Positions 48,901 through 61,675 of a stretch of 64,000 nucleotides of DNA are shown here, one piece after another. This DNA comes from Mytilus californianus (taxonomy: Eukaryota). The stretch covers positions 27,466,001 through 27,530,000 of the forward strand of contig NW_026262637.1 of NCBI RefSeq assembly GCF_021869535.1, in the 5' to 3' direction. Numbering within the stretch: the stretch's first letter is position 1; each line of letters starts with the position of its first letter. The notes beneath the pieces were generated by a model. The model was not told the origin of the DNA. It did no database searches and saw only the letters and a program-made list of their open reading frames with translations. The position numbers and the translations under genes were made by a program.

Positions 48901-51670
48901 TTATAGTGTTTTATTTTTCTTGGTATATTTTTAACCTTTACTGTTTAGTCCATTTTTGGTATATATACTTTTGGCGTAGCTAGGTATTTATACATCCCGC
49001 CATTGTGTTATTGAGCTATGGTCATTTTGTATTCTTGTCTTTCATTTTTGCTTATGTACTTTGTCTATAGAGTGTCGATATGCCATTTTGTTTTTCTTTG
49101 TTGAAATAGTTATTTGTATTTATAGTGATTAAGATTATAACACAATGTTGACTGCTGTACCCCAATTTTTGACATTTTTACCTATTATGTCTTGCTCACA
49201 CATTGTTGTCAATATAATGGAATTCTATATTCCATATGACTGTCATACAAGTGAGATGTTTAGCTAGCTAAAAAAATCAGGTTTAATTCACCATTTTCTA
49301 CATAAGAAAACGCCTGTACCAAGTAAGGAATATGACAGTTGTTTTGCATTCGTTTGATGTGTTGAGCTTTTGATTTTGTCATTTGATAAGAGACTTTCGG
49401 TTTTGAATTTTCCTTGGAGTTTGGTATTTTTGTTATTTTACTTTTTAATTGTTGTGTTAGCTCTATATAACCACACGTTATCGATGGATAACGTCTGTCG
49501 TAAAGTTGTCGCATATTTAGACATATAATATACCTACTGTTTCGATACATATCTTTTATTTCTAACTAACTCAGTTTTTTTCTTGTGTTGTTTTTCTTCT
49601 GTCTTTCTTCAGATCTACATTGTCTATATGATTATATAGAATCCCTCCTAAAACTATTTCATAAGCTTTATTCTTCTCCCAATATAAGTTCAATCCAGTT
49701 CGTAAGTGAATATTCTACAAGCTTTCTAAACAAACTGTTAACAAAAAATGTATTAACCAAAAATACCGAACTCCAATGTACATTCAAAAAGTGGGAAGTC
49801 AATAACACCTGACAAAACCATATTTCCCAACGGAACAGCTGGTGAACAACTGTCATATTCTTGACTTTGTATGGGCATTTTCCGAACAAAATGGTGGATA
49901 CAACCTAGTTTTATAGCTAGCTAAACCTCTCACTTGTATGGCGGTTGTTTATAGTTCCATCATATTGATATATTGTGGGAGCAACCCAAACAGACATAGT
50001 TGGTTGACGTGACAGTAATTCGGACCCAGCAGCCAAAATTTTGTAAACATACATCAAAGATAAACAACACGAATGACATAAAAAAAACTTCCAACAAACA
50101 TACAAATAAAGCTCACAAAGAGAACCAAAAACGTTTTGGGAGTTGATAGTACAGTGAGTTAAACATAATGACATATACACACTTTCTTGGTGAATTGCAA
50201 ATTAAGTAAAATATAAATACAAGGTAAAAGATGAAAATAACACTATGAATAGTTAATTCGTCCGAATCGCACCTCTGGAACAACAAGCATTAGGAACGCC
50301 AAAACCCGAAAGCTGGATACACAAATACCGAGCCACGTCATTAGCCATACGACCAAAAGTAACAGAATAGTACAAAGACAAATAAAGGGAGCACTACAAA
50401 GTAAATAAAATAATACACAACGTCAGCACCTAGAATATATAACTCAAGACCATCCTGTATCATTTGTGAAGCTGACACTGAATATGTATCTATTAGGTCT
50501 TGGGACCTTCCGATGAACTTTTTGGTTCTAGTATTGTTGAGTATTTATACATACAATACATAAAAGTGAGAATGTCCACAATGATATATTCATGTTTTAA
50601 TGTAATGATCCAATGCCTAAAAACTATGAATTATTTACTAGCATTTATAATATATACGACGGTTGCCACATGTGAAACATGGTCTGCTTATCCCTCCGGA
50701 GTACCTGAGATCACCCCAAGTTTTGTTAAAAAGCGTTTCGTATTGCTCTGTCTTTAGATTTTAGTTGTTTGTATTTTTTATGGTTTGAATATCTGTCATG
50801 TTTATACCGGTTACAGTCTTGGCTATACTTTGCCATAAAAAAATTGTTTCAAATTTGAATTTTCACATTCGGTCAAGTTTCAGGACTTGAAAGTTTACGT
50901 GAAGGATGGGTTATGAATTTGATGATGTCTTAGGGTAAGATTAGAGGCAATTAACAATCCGCCATTGAGTGATGCCTAATCTCTTTATATAACTTATCAA
51001 CATATTTTAGAGGACGGGTGTCACTTGTGGAGCAAGATCTGCTTTCCCTTCCGGTGCACCTTAGATCCCCCCTGTTTTTTCGTGTGGTTCGTGTTTCTCA
51101 GTATTTAGTTTTCTATGTTGTGTTTTGAATACTGTTATTTTTCATATGATCGTTTTTTTGTGTTTTTTTTATCAGAAAAATCAAAGGATATGGGGTATCT
51201 ATCCATGACACAAAATCAGTACATGCACAGTAATAAACAGAGCTTTTATTGCTGTTCTACATCTCAAAGTCACAATGATGCCTTCAACACGGGACAAAAA
51301 AAAAAAACTCTCACCTCACTGCAAGTTTAAGTTTTGCTTGTACTTATGATGTGTAATTATAAACTTCAGATTCTCAATGAGATTCTAATCAACTAGTTTT
51401 CTTTTACAGATTATTAAATTTATTTTTGTAGGCAGACATGTATGTCATACATATTTACATATCAAGTTTAAACGTTGGATAACAACTTTGGTGAATCAGT
51501 TTCCACAAAAAAGGAATTTTCAACCACTATAAAAGAACTACAAGGAATAAAAATGCACCACTAATTTACAATTTCTACAATACAGCTATATAAATATATT
51601 ATGACATTGATGTAGACAGTTTGAAATTGTTCATTCGGATGCAGTTTATCTTTACACGTTTATAAAAAAT

Positions 51671-54600
51671 TCAAACAAAAGCAAATACTTTCACTTCTGC
51701 AAGTGCCATTATAGATTTTTCTCCAAATATTGATAGTTTGACAAATCGACCATCTACTGTTTTATTGCAGGTTAACACAATTCGTTCCTTGGTACTAGCA
51801 GGACCTTTATAATGTGTGCACAATTTCATATTGTTAGTCGTTGACCCAACTGTGATATCCATATCATGAATGTAGTATCCTTGTAAAAAGAAATAAACAG
51901 AAAATGATTGACATAAGTATCTATAAAAACATACAAATCTGTATAGGTGCGGATGAGTCAAAAAAGTACAATTAAACGATCGCCTGACAAGAGTAATTTC
52001 AAGACACTATTTTGTATGAAAATGAAAATAATATTAACGAAATGTTGACAAATTAAATTTACTTAAACGGAAATGAATTCTCTTCATGTAAAGCTAAAGT
52101 TTTAAACGCAACTGATGTGGTAAATAAAAGAATTTATGTGGTTCTCTTTAATTTTATATTGATACAATATTATTGTCAATTAAGTTTGCAACGTCCGGTT
52201 TTCAAACTTTACAGGAAAAGTCCTCTTTCTAGTTTTCACTTCTTTAATTGGGAACGTGAAGTTTCTTCGGAGAAGCCGACTTGTAAGTGGATTTGCTTTG
52301 CTTTGTAACAACATCGGTTATTCCAACGAAAGTTAAATTGATCCGTGATATCTCATATGAGTTCCACAAGTATTTCATGTTAACAAATATACTGTAAACC
52401 AATTTATTTTCGCGGATACTTTATTTCTGGCGTACAAAATTTTAATCCTGGTATCACTGATGAGTTTATTTAGCCTTTTTACCCTACATCACGACGATTA
52501 AGTTTCGTGATTTTGTATTTTTTAAATGTATTTTTATAAGGAAATATCTAAGTTTTACATCGGAGCGACGATTTAATTTTGCGTTAGTTTTCAACTCGCG
52601 AAAATAAGTTGGTTTACAGTACTACATACGTAATTGTCCATGTCTTGCATTTTGTTTATTTTTTATGAACATTCTCTCCCGATTCCAAATTCTGATTGAA
52701 TGGGACACTGTGTAAAATGTTAATCCACAAGACATTTTTTTTTCATTTTTCTTATTGTAAGGACGGTAGTTATATATTAAATTTGTAAAGCAATACCGAA
52801 ACTCAAATGTTATCTGTAGTTACTAATTATAATATAAGTATGCATAAAATATTGATATTTTATCTAACATTAAATTTCATGTTTTTTCACATGTCCGAAA
52901 TTAAATGCAAAATATGTCGTTAGAAATGCAACTCACAGATTATCTGTCCTGATTATCTGAATGAAGATATTTAGCTTGTTTTATGCCTATGTTTTTTCTA
53001 TAGAAATATCTGCAATGTAGATTGTTGGCGGGGACTAAATTAAGGGATTTAAAGTAAATCCCCTTAGAATAATAAAAGCGAAATTTTGTCATATTTAACC
53101 CGATGCTTTGCTATGGACAGCCTGGACAAAGTTGTGAGGAACGCTTACAATGACAACAGGGTCATATATAAAGAAAAGGAAATATATGGATACATATATA
53201 TGAGAAATATCCAAATTTTGAGACTTTAAAATCATCTTGATCGTCAACGCAAATGACAAAATGAAAAAAATACATAGTTCTAAACACATCACACAACAGG
53301 TGTAGAAACATATTTTTAAATAGTATAGATAGAAGCTATTATGATATTTTGTGTATTACAGTTTTTCTTTGAACTTACCACAACAGTCTATACGAGCGAA
53401 GACTTCTATTCTTTTCACTGCATACACTGTTCCAAGGTCAACAAACCAGTATGGATTAGTTTGTGATGAAGTATGTGAGAATGATGAAAGACTACCATCA
53501 ACTGCATTACGTGCAGGAAACGAAGAGAGTGGATATTCTGAACTTTGTTCTGTGTTTTTGCCATTAGCCACTTCAATGATTACGTGTTCTAAAATCAAAA
53601 TTTTACATGAACATAAAGTTTAGAAATACTCGAGTTAGAAAATGACGCCCTTAGACAACGTTGAAAGATTTTCTTAGGAATACATATCAGAAAATATAGG
53701 AATAGCAAAGCGTAAGAAAATAGTTTTTGAAACATCGTTTAAATCCGCGTATATAGGAAAATATCTAGATAAGCTTGTGTTATGATATCATAAATCTTAT
53801 AATAATTATTGTAGACTTTGTATGGAACAAACAGGAGATCTTTTGTACACGTCTATGACTTTGCTTACCCGTTTTTCTTTATTCTTTAAATGTTTTATTT
53901 CATTCAAAAGGTGACATAATGGTTTGTGCACCTGTGAGTGAACATGACATTGTAGAGCTTTCAATGTGTGTTGTGTACGGATTACAATGTTTACAAAATA
54001 AATAACATAAACGGTACCATTTTTTCTGCACCAGATGCTCATTTCGAGTATCAATTTCAAGTGATGCTCGAGGTCAAAATATTTGATAATCCAAAGCTTA
54101 CAAAAAGATGAAGAGCGTTAAGTGCGACAATAGCTTTGCATGAGGGAAATACATTCCTTAATGCAAAATAATTTCCAAACTTTTGCAACAGCAACTTTTA
54201 ATAACACACAACATCCATATTTTCATACAAAAGTGCAATTGTGTAAAAAAAATATCTGCAAAGAAATTTGACATTTTTACATAAGTTTATATAAAAAGAT
54301 TTTAAAGTGGACAGAAGGATTTCGTGCTTTAGAAATCTTTCTCAAAACAGTTGCTGAAATCGAATTGAATGTAGAATGTGATTACCCGAGATTTATCAGT
54401 ATTGAATTTAAACTGTTGGCGTCCTATTTTTGTTATTGTATCTGTTAAATTCGTTCACAATTTAAGACAGGCAGGACGAGCTTTGAAAATTTTAGAGACA
54501 TTTGATTATTCCTTAAGACCATATGTTACCGTCAAAATATCTTTTTCTTGTGTGTCGTTTGATTGCTGTATCTTTGACGTAAATTACACGTCTCCTTTTA

Positions 54601-55245
54601 TTCGCATATGAATATTATTCAAGTTAGTAACATCGGCTTACCTAATAATGTTTGAGTAATGTTATTTTTCCATTCATCTGTATTCTCCTGAAAATCGATT
54701 AACTCCTTCTTCAAACTTTCGGAAAGTATACTGATTTTTAGCTTGTAATGGCTGGTCATATTAAGAAACATTGCATCGAATTTTCCCTCAACATCACGTA
54801 CCAAATCTATCAATTTTTGCTCAAAGTGTTCCCCAGAAATAGATAAATTAGAGGAATACTCCTTTAATTCCGTTTCTAAATAGTCCTGTCTTGCTTTAAA
54901 ACTATCAATCATATTAACAATTTTTGTATCATACATGTGTTTCGTCCTATTTTTTTCGTCTGAATATTCCTTTAACATCAAAGACTTGAGCACCCCTAAG
55001 TTGTTAACAATCATTTCTTCAATATTCTCATTGAAAGTTGAATTAATACTTATTTCTATGAACTGTTTCAGTTCTCTATTAACTTCGGAGACGTCAAGTT
55101 CTGCTACAAGTGGAGCCTTCATATCGTCCATTAACGGCATCCGTACAGCACATGGTCGCCCTTTGCAAGACTTTGCATCAAACCTATGAATTGTAAATAT
55201 AAGGCAAAACAGTAAAATTGTAAAACGCTTTCTAACTGTCACCAT
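51671..55245 (-). CDS. Secreted coiled-coil + F-type lectin (fucolectin-like, F5/8 fold) protein, 340 aa, 3 exons
   Basis: Exons 55245-54642 (MVTVRKRFTILLFCLIFTIHRFDA signal-like segment, then a helical region), 53588-53379 (AVDG…SHT…NPYWFVDLG…RIDCC) and 51879-51671 (…C…C…GRFVKL…LAEVKVF). Phase-1 introns; 1023 nt. Confidence 0.85.
52390..52621. mobile_element. MITE with tactgtaaaccaa(t/c)ttattttcgcg terminal inverted repeats, carrying a nested hammerhead-family 3' fragment
   Basis: tactgtaaaccaatttattttcgcg at 52390 and cgcgaaaataagttggtttacagta ending at 52621; ctggcgtacaaaat…cctggtatcactgatgag at ~52428-52470. Confidence 0.7.
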
Positions 55246-55979
55246 GTTAGTATATTGGTGTACAACTCTGAAATAAAGTTTACCCTGTAGTTTGTTTAAA
55301 ACTATAACAGAATGAATGTTGTACGGGCATGATCCATAAGGTTTTAAACCAAGATTGTTTATATTTAATTGCATTTGATTAATTTAATTAATGTCAGACG
55401 CCCATCAAATTAATCTACATATTCATTCTTTAGTTTTGTTTTATTACCTTTACAAATGAAAAATTCATAACATAGATTGTAGTAGGCACAAATGTCGTTG
55501 GAGATCAACCAGAAAACAATAATTGTGTTCTGTTAGAGAAAAATACAATTCGGAAAACATGCAGTAGATTGGAAGTCTCAAATTCAGTGACCTCAAAATC
55601 CTTTTCTACATAAAATATATAAAATATAGTAAACCGGAACAAAAACAACTGTTCCAGAAACTTCTTCAAAGTTGTTTTGAATTATTTATCATTTTTTGAA
55701 AATTGGTAAATTACACAATGAAAGCAATGAAGACATCTGTTAGTTTAACATACAGTGAATTATATACATACAATATTTAAAATGATATGGTTGTTGCAAT
55801 AAAGGCGTTTTCATTAAAGTATATGAGTACTGTGAGTTAATTTCATTACTTGAGTAAATGGAAAGATATAGTTCTTCATGTCAAAAGACTGTTTGTACGT
55901 GGACTCATATGTCAGGGTAACATTTGCAAATCTAACATTGTTGGGCTACATTTGAGACGAAGTATATATATAATGTATA

Positions 55980-56860
55980 CGATGTATACGGTATAATGTA
56001 TTGCTTTGGAATACCATACGGCATATTTTGTTAATCGTGAACAAAAAAGTAAAACATGCTACACAGAGGAACAAGTAATCAGTATGCTGGAGTTTCTTAT
56101 TGACAACATATTTGTTGAAATTGGAGGTAGACTTTTTCAACAAATTGTCGGCATTCCTATGGGAACGAACTGTGCGCCTCTCCTTATTTTCATATGATCG
56201 GAGTTCCTTCAGACACTTATCAAAAACAAGAAGCTCATTTAATTTCACATTCAGATATATTGATGATGTTCCTTCCATTAACAATCCAAACTTTTCTGAT
56301 AGGGTTCCATTAATATATCCTCAAGGACTAGAAATTAAAGAAACAACAGACACGGCTTCCTCCTCCTCATTTTTAGACTTATACCTCGAATTTAACATAA
56401 GTGGTCATCTCAGTACCAGAATCAATGACAAACGAGACGGTTTTAATTTTGAAATTATAAATTACCCCACCTTAGCAGCAAGATTTCAACTTCGCCTGCA
56501 TATGGGATATACATTTCCCAACTCATTCGGTATTCAAGAGCTTGCAGCTGCTGTTCAGACTTTATAAAAAGTCACCAGTGTCTGGGCAGAAAGTTGATGA
56601 ACCAGGGTTATGTAAAAGAACGTCTCGTCCTTTTTCTAAAAAAGTTCATCGGAAGATACCAAAGACCTTGATGATAAATATTCCCGTATCATCTTCACAA
56701 ATAATACATGATGGTCTTGAAGTATAGATTCTAGGTACTGACGTTGTTGTTGTGTTATTGTGCTATTGTCATTTTTGTATTCTTGTCTTTAATATTTGAT
56801 TATGTACTTTGTCTATAGAGTGCCTATATGCCATTTTGTTTTTCTTTGTTGAAATAGTTA
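55980..56860 (+). mobile_element. Duplicate of the 48100 Naiad-type RT fragment
   Basis: ORFs 56006..56197 and 56100..56567 (GIPMGTNCAP, FRYIDD); same 5' truncation and lesions as the 48100 copy. Confidence 0.85.
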
Positions 56861-59099
56861 TTTGTATTTATAATGATTAAGATTATAACACAATGTTGAC
56901 CTGTACCCCAATTTTTGAAATGTTTCCCTATTATGTCTTGCTCACACATTGTTCTAAATGTAATGGAAATCTAAATTATTGTCATACAAGTGATAGGTTT
57001 AGCTAGTTATAAAACCAGGTTTAATGCACCATTTTCTGCATAAGGAAATGCCTGTACCAAGTAAGGAATATGACAGTTGTTTTCCATTCGTTTGATGTGT
57101 TGAGCTTTTGATTTTGTCATTTTATAAGGGACTTTCGGTTTTAAATTTCCTTGGAGTTCGGTATTTTTGTTATTTTAATTTTTAAATTGTTGTGTTAGCT
57201 CTATATACCCACACGTTATCGATGGATAACGTCTGTCGTAAAGTTGTTGCATATTAAGACATATATAATATGCTTACTTGTTTCGATACATATCTTTTAA
57301 TTCTAACTAACTCAGCTTTTTCTTGTGTTGCTTTTCTTCTGGAGATCTACATTGTCTGTAGGATTATATAGAATTCCTCCAAAAACTATTTCATAAGCTT
57401 TTTTTTCTTCCAATATAAGTTCTATCGAGCTCGTAAGTGAATATTCTACAAGCTTTCTAACCAAACTGTTAACAAAAAATGTAATAACAAACATACCGAA
57501 CTCCAATGTACATTCAAAAAGTGGGAAGTCAATAACACCTGACAAAACCAAACGACTATATTTCCCAACGGAACAGCTGGACAACAACTGTCATATTCTT
57601 GACTTTGTATGGGCATTTTCCGAACAAAATGGTGGGTTCAACATGTATTTATAGCTAGCTAAACCTCTCACTTATATGGCGGTTGTTTATAGTTCCATCG
57701 TATTGATACATTGTGGGAGCAACCCAAACAGGCATAGTTGGTTGACGTGACAGTAATTCGGACCCAGCAGCCAAAATTGTGTAAACATACATCAAAGATA
57801 AACAACACGAATGACATAAAAAATCTTCAAACAAACATACAAACAAACATACAAATAAATCTCACCAGGTTTAATCCATCATTTTTTTTTATAGCTAGCT
57901 AAACCTCTCACTTATATGGCGGTTGTTTATAGTTCCATCGTATTGATACATTGTGGGAGCAACCCAAACAGGCATAGTTGGTTGACGTGACAGTAATTCG
58001 GACCCAGCAGCCAAAATTGTGTAAACATACATCAAAGATAAACAACACGAATGACAAAAAAAATCTTCAAACAAACATACAAATAAATCTCACCATGTTT
58101 AATCCATCATTTTTTTACATATGGAAATGTCTGTACCAAGAAAGGAATATGACAGTTGTTTTCCATTCGTTTGATGTGTTGAGCTTTTGATTTTGTCATT
58201 TAACAAGGGACTTTCGGTTTTGAATTTTCCTTGGAATTTGGTATTTTTGTTATTTTACTTTTTAAATTATTGTGTTAGCTCTATATACCCACACGTTATC
58301 GATGGATAACGTCTGTCGTAAAGCTGACGCATATTTAGACATATAATATACCTACTTGTTTCGATGCTTATCATTTAATTCTAACTAACTCAGTTTTTGT
58401 CTTGTGTTGTTTTTCTTCTGGAGATTTACATTGTCTTAGGATTATATAAAATCCCTCCTAAAACTATTTCATAAGCTTTATTTTTCTTCCAATATAAGTT
58501 CTATACAGCTCGTAAGTGAATATTCTACAAGCATTCTAACCAAACTGTTAACAAAAAATGTATTAACAAAAATACCGAACTCCAATGTACATTCAAAAAG
58601 TGGGAAGTCAATAACACCTGACAAAACCAAACGACTATATTTCCCAACGGAACAGCTGGAGAACAACTGTCATATTCTTGACTTGGTATGGGTATTTTCC
58701 GAACAAAATGGTGGGTTCAACATGGTTTTATAGTTAGCTAAACCTCTCACAAATATGGCGGATGTTTATAGTTCCATCGTATTGATACATTGTGGGAGCA
58801 ACCAAAACAGACATAGTTGGTTGACGTGACAGTAATTCGGACTCATCAGCCAAAATTTTGTAGACATACGTCAAAGATAAACAACACGAATGACATAAAA
58901 AATCTTCAAACAAACATACAAATAAATCTCACAAAGAGAACCAAAAACCAAAAAGGTTTTTGTAGTTGTTAGTACAGTGAATTAAACATAATGACATATA
59001 CACACTTTCTTGGTGAATTTCAAATTAAGTAAAATATAAATACAAGGGTAACCAGATGAAAATAACACTATGAATATTTTATGCGTCCGAATCGCACCT

Positions 59100-60240
59100 C
59101 TGGAACAACACGCATCAGGAACGCCCAAAGCCAAAATCCGAAAGCTGAATACACAAATACCGATCCACGTCATTAGTCATACGACCAAAAAGAACAGAAT
59201 AGTACAAAGACAAATAAAGGGAGCACTACAAAGTAAATAAAATGATACACAACGTCAGCACCTGGAATATAAAACTCAAGACCATCCTGTATTATTTGTG
59301 AAGTTGACACAGAATATTTATCTATTAGGTCTTGGGACCTTTCGATAAACGTTTTGAAAAAAAGGACGAAACGTTCTTTGACAAAATGTAAATCCTGGCT
59401 CATTATTGTTTTTGATCAGACACCGATCATATAGAATCCAGGAAGTCAAGGCGTTGTGATTCTATGTATGATATTTTTATGGATATAGAGACGGATAACA
59501 TCCGACTGGAAGAATTAATCAAGCGACTTAAGAAAGAGGTCAACAAAAAAAGGACGAAACGTTCTTTGACAAAATGTAAATCCTGGCTCATTATTGTTTT
59601 TGATCAGACACCGTTTTACAAAGTCTGAGTAGCAGCTGCAAGTTCTTGAATATCATATGAGATGAGATATGTATATTCCATACGCAGTAGAAGTTAGAAT
59701 TTCCTGCTAAGGTGAGGACAATTTATAATTTCACAGACTCTGCCACTAATGTAACCGTTGGTTTCAAATTCGAGGTATATATCTAAAAATATTGCAGAGA
59801 AAGCTTTGTCTGTGGATTTTAAACTCTAGTTTAGGAGGATATATTTATGGGACCCAATCAAAATGTTTGGATTGTTAATGGAGAGAGCATCATCAAAATA
59901 CGTGTATGTGAAATTAAATGATCTAGCTTCTTTTATCTTCTTGTCTTTACAAATGCGAGAAGGAACTCCAATTCATATGAAAATAAAAAAATAAGAAAAG
60001 GACGACAAGGAGAGGCGCAAAGTTCGATCCCATAGGAATGCCGACAACTTGCTGGAAAATTCAACCCCCAAGTTGAACTAATATGTTGTCAAAGAGGAAC
60101 TCCAACATGCTGATCACTTGCTCTTCGGGGCAGCATGTTCCATCCGCGGGTTTATTTTTAACAAAAGATGCCGAATTGATTCCTAAAACAATAATTTTGT
60201 AGCGTTTGGTACCCTTTTTATGGAGAGAAGCATTGTATTA
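59100..60240 (-). mobile_element. Degenerate Naiad-type RT copy in inverted orientation
   Basis: Reverse strand gives gaagagcaagtgatcagcatgttggagttcctc (EEQVISMLEFL), ggcattcctatggga (GIPMG) and ttcacatacacgtattttgatgatg (motif C region). C-terminus FIERSQDLIDKYSVSTSQIIQDGLE is in ORF 59173..59403. Confidence 0.8.
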
Positions 60241-61466
60241 TATCTTTGAGATTAAATGCTCTCATATTTCTGTTATTGATACAGTATTCGACATTGTTAC
60301 TAAGGATACCCTTTTGGTGAGTATTTATACATAAAATAAATAAAAGTGAAAATGTCCAGAATAATATATTCATGTTTTAATGTAATGATCCAATGCCTAA
60401 AAACTATGAATTATTTACTAGCATTTAAGATATACGACGGTTGCCACATATGGAACAGAATCTGCTTATCCCTGAGTACATGAGATCAACTCTAGTTTTG
60501 TTAAAAAGGGGTTCGTGTTGCTCTGTCTTTAGATTTTTGTTCTTTGTATTTTTTATGGTTTGAATATCTGTGATGTTTATACCGGTTACAGTCTTGGCTA
60601 TACTTTGCCATAAAAAAATTGATTCAATTTTGAATTTTCGCATTCGGTCAAGTTTCAGGACTTGAAAGTTTACGTGAGCGATGGTTTATGAATATGATGA
60701 TGTCTTAGGGTAAGATAAGAGTCAATTACCAATCCGCCATTGCGTGATGCCAAATCTCTTTATATAACTCAGCATATTTTAGAGGACGGGTGTCACTTGT
60801 GGAGCAAGATCTGCTTTCCCTTCCGGGGCACTTTACATCACCCCCGGTTTTTTTTGTGCGGTTCGTGTTTCTCAGTATATAGTTTTCTATGTTGTATTTT
60901 GAATACTGTTATTTGTCATATGATCGTTTTTTGTGTTTTTTTTTAATTAGAAAAAACAAAGGATAAGGGGTATCCATCCATGACACAAAATCAGTAGATG
61001 CATAGCAAAAAAAAAAACCAGCGCTTTTATTGCTGTTTTACATCTCAAAGTCACAGTGGTGCCTTCAACACGGATAAAAAAAAAAAATCTCACCTCGCTG
61101 CAAGTTTAAGACGTATTTGTGTTATACTTTTGCTTGTACTAATGATGTGTAGTTATAAACTTCAGCTTCTCAATGAGATTCTAATCAACTATTTTTCTTT
61201 TACTGTTTATTAAATTTATTTTTCTAGGTAGACATGTATGTCATACATATCTACATATCAAGTTTAATCGTTGGATACCAACTTTGGGGAATTAGTTTCC
61301 ACAAAAAAGGAATTTCCAATCACTATAAAAGAACTACAAGGAATAAAAATGCATCACTACTTTACAATTTCTTCAATACAGGTATATAAATATATTATGA
61401 CATTGATGTAGACAGTTTGAAATTGTTCATTCGGATGCAGTTTATCTTTACACGTTTATCAAATAT

Positions 61467-61675
61467 TCAAACAAAAGCAAATACTTTGACTTCTGCGAGT
61501 GCCATCACAGAGTTTTCTCCAAATATTGATAGTTTGACAAATCGACCATTTACAGGTTTCTTGCATTTTAACATGAGTTGTTCCTTGGTACTAGCAGGTC
61601 CTTTATAATGTGTGCACATTGTCATATTATTAGTCGTTTGCCCAACTGTGATATCCATATCATGAATGTAGTCTC
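61467..61675 (-). CDS. Last exon of a second F-type lectin paralogue; upstream exons probably beyond the window end
   Basis: Acceptor tttaaaag/GA; 209 nt as in the 51879-51671 exon; GDYIHDMDITVG…LAEVKVFAFV*. Intron similarity to copy 1 continues at 63630 (matches ~52810). Confidence 0.8.

Noticed and set aside
49260-51330. Numerous 60-100 aa ORFs here and in 57312-61213
   Set aside because: They lie in multi-copy repeats and recur as near-identical paralogous ORFs, with no splice or domain support.
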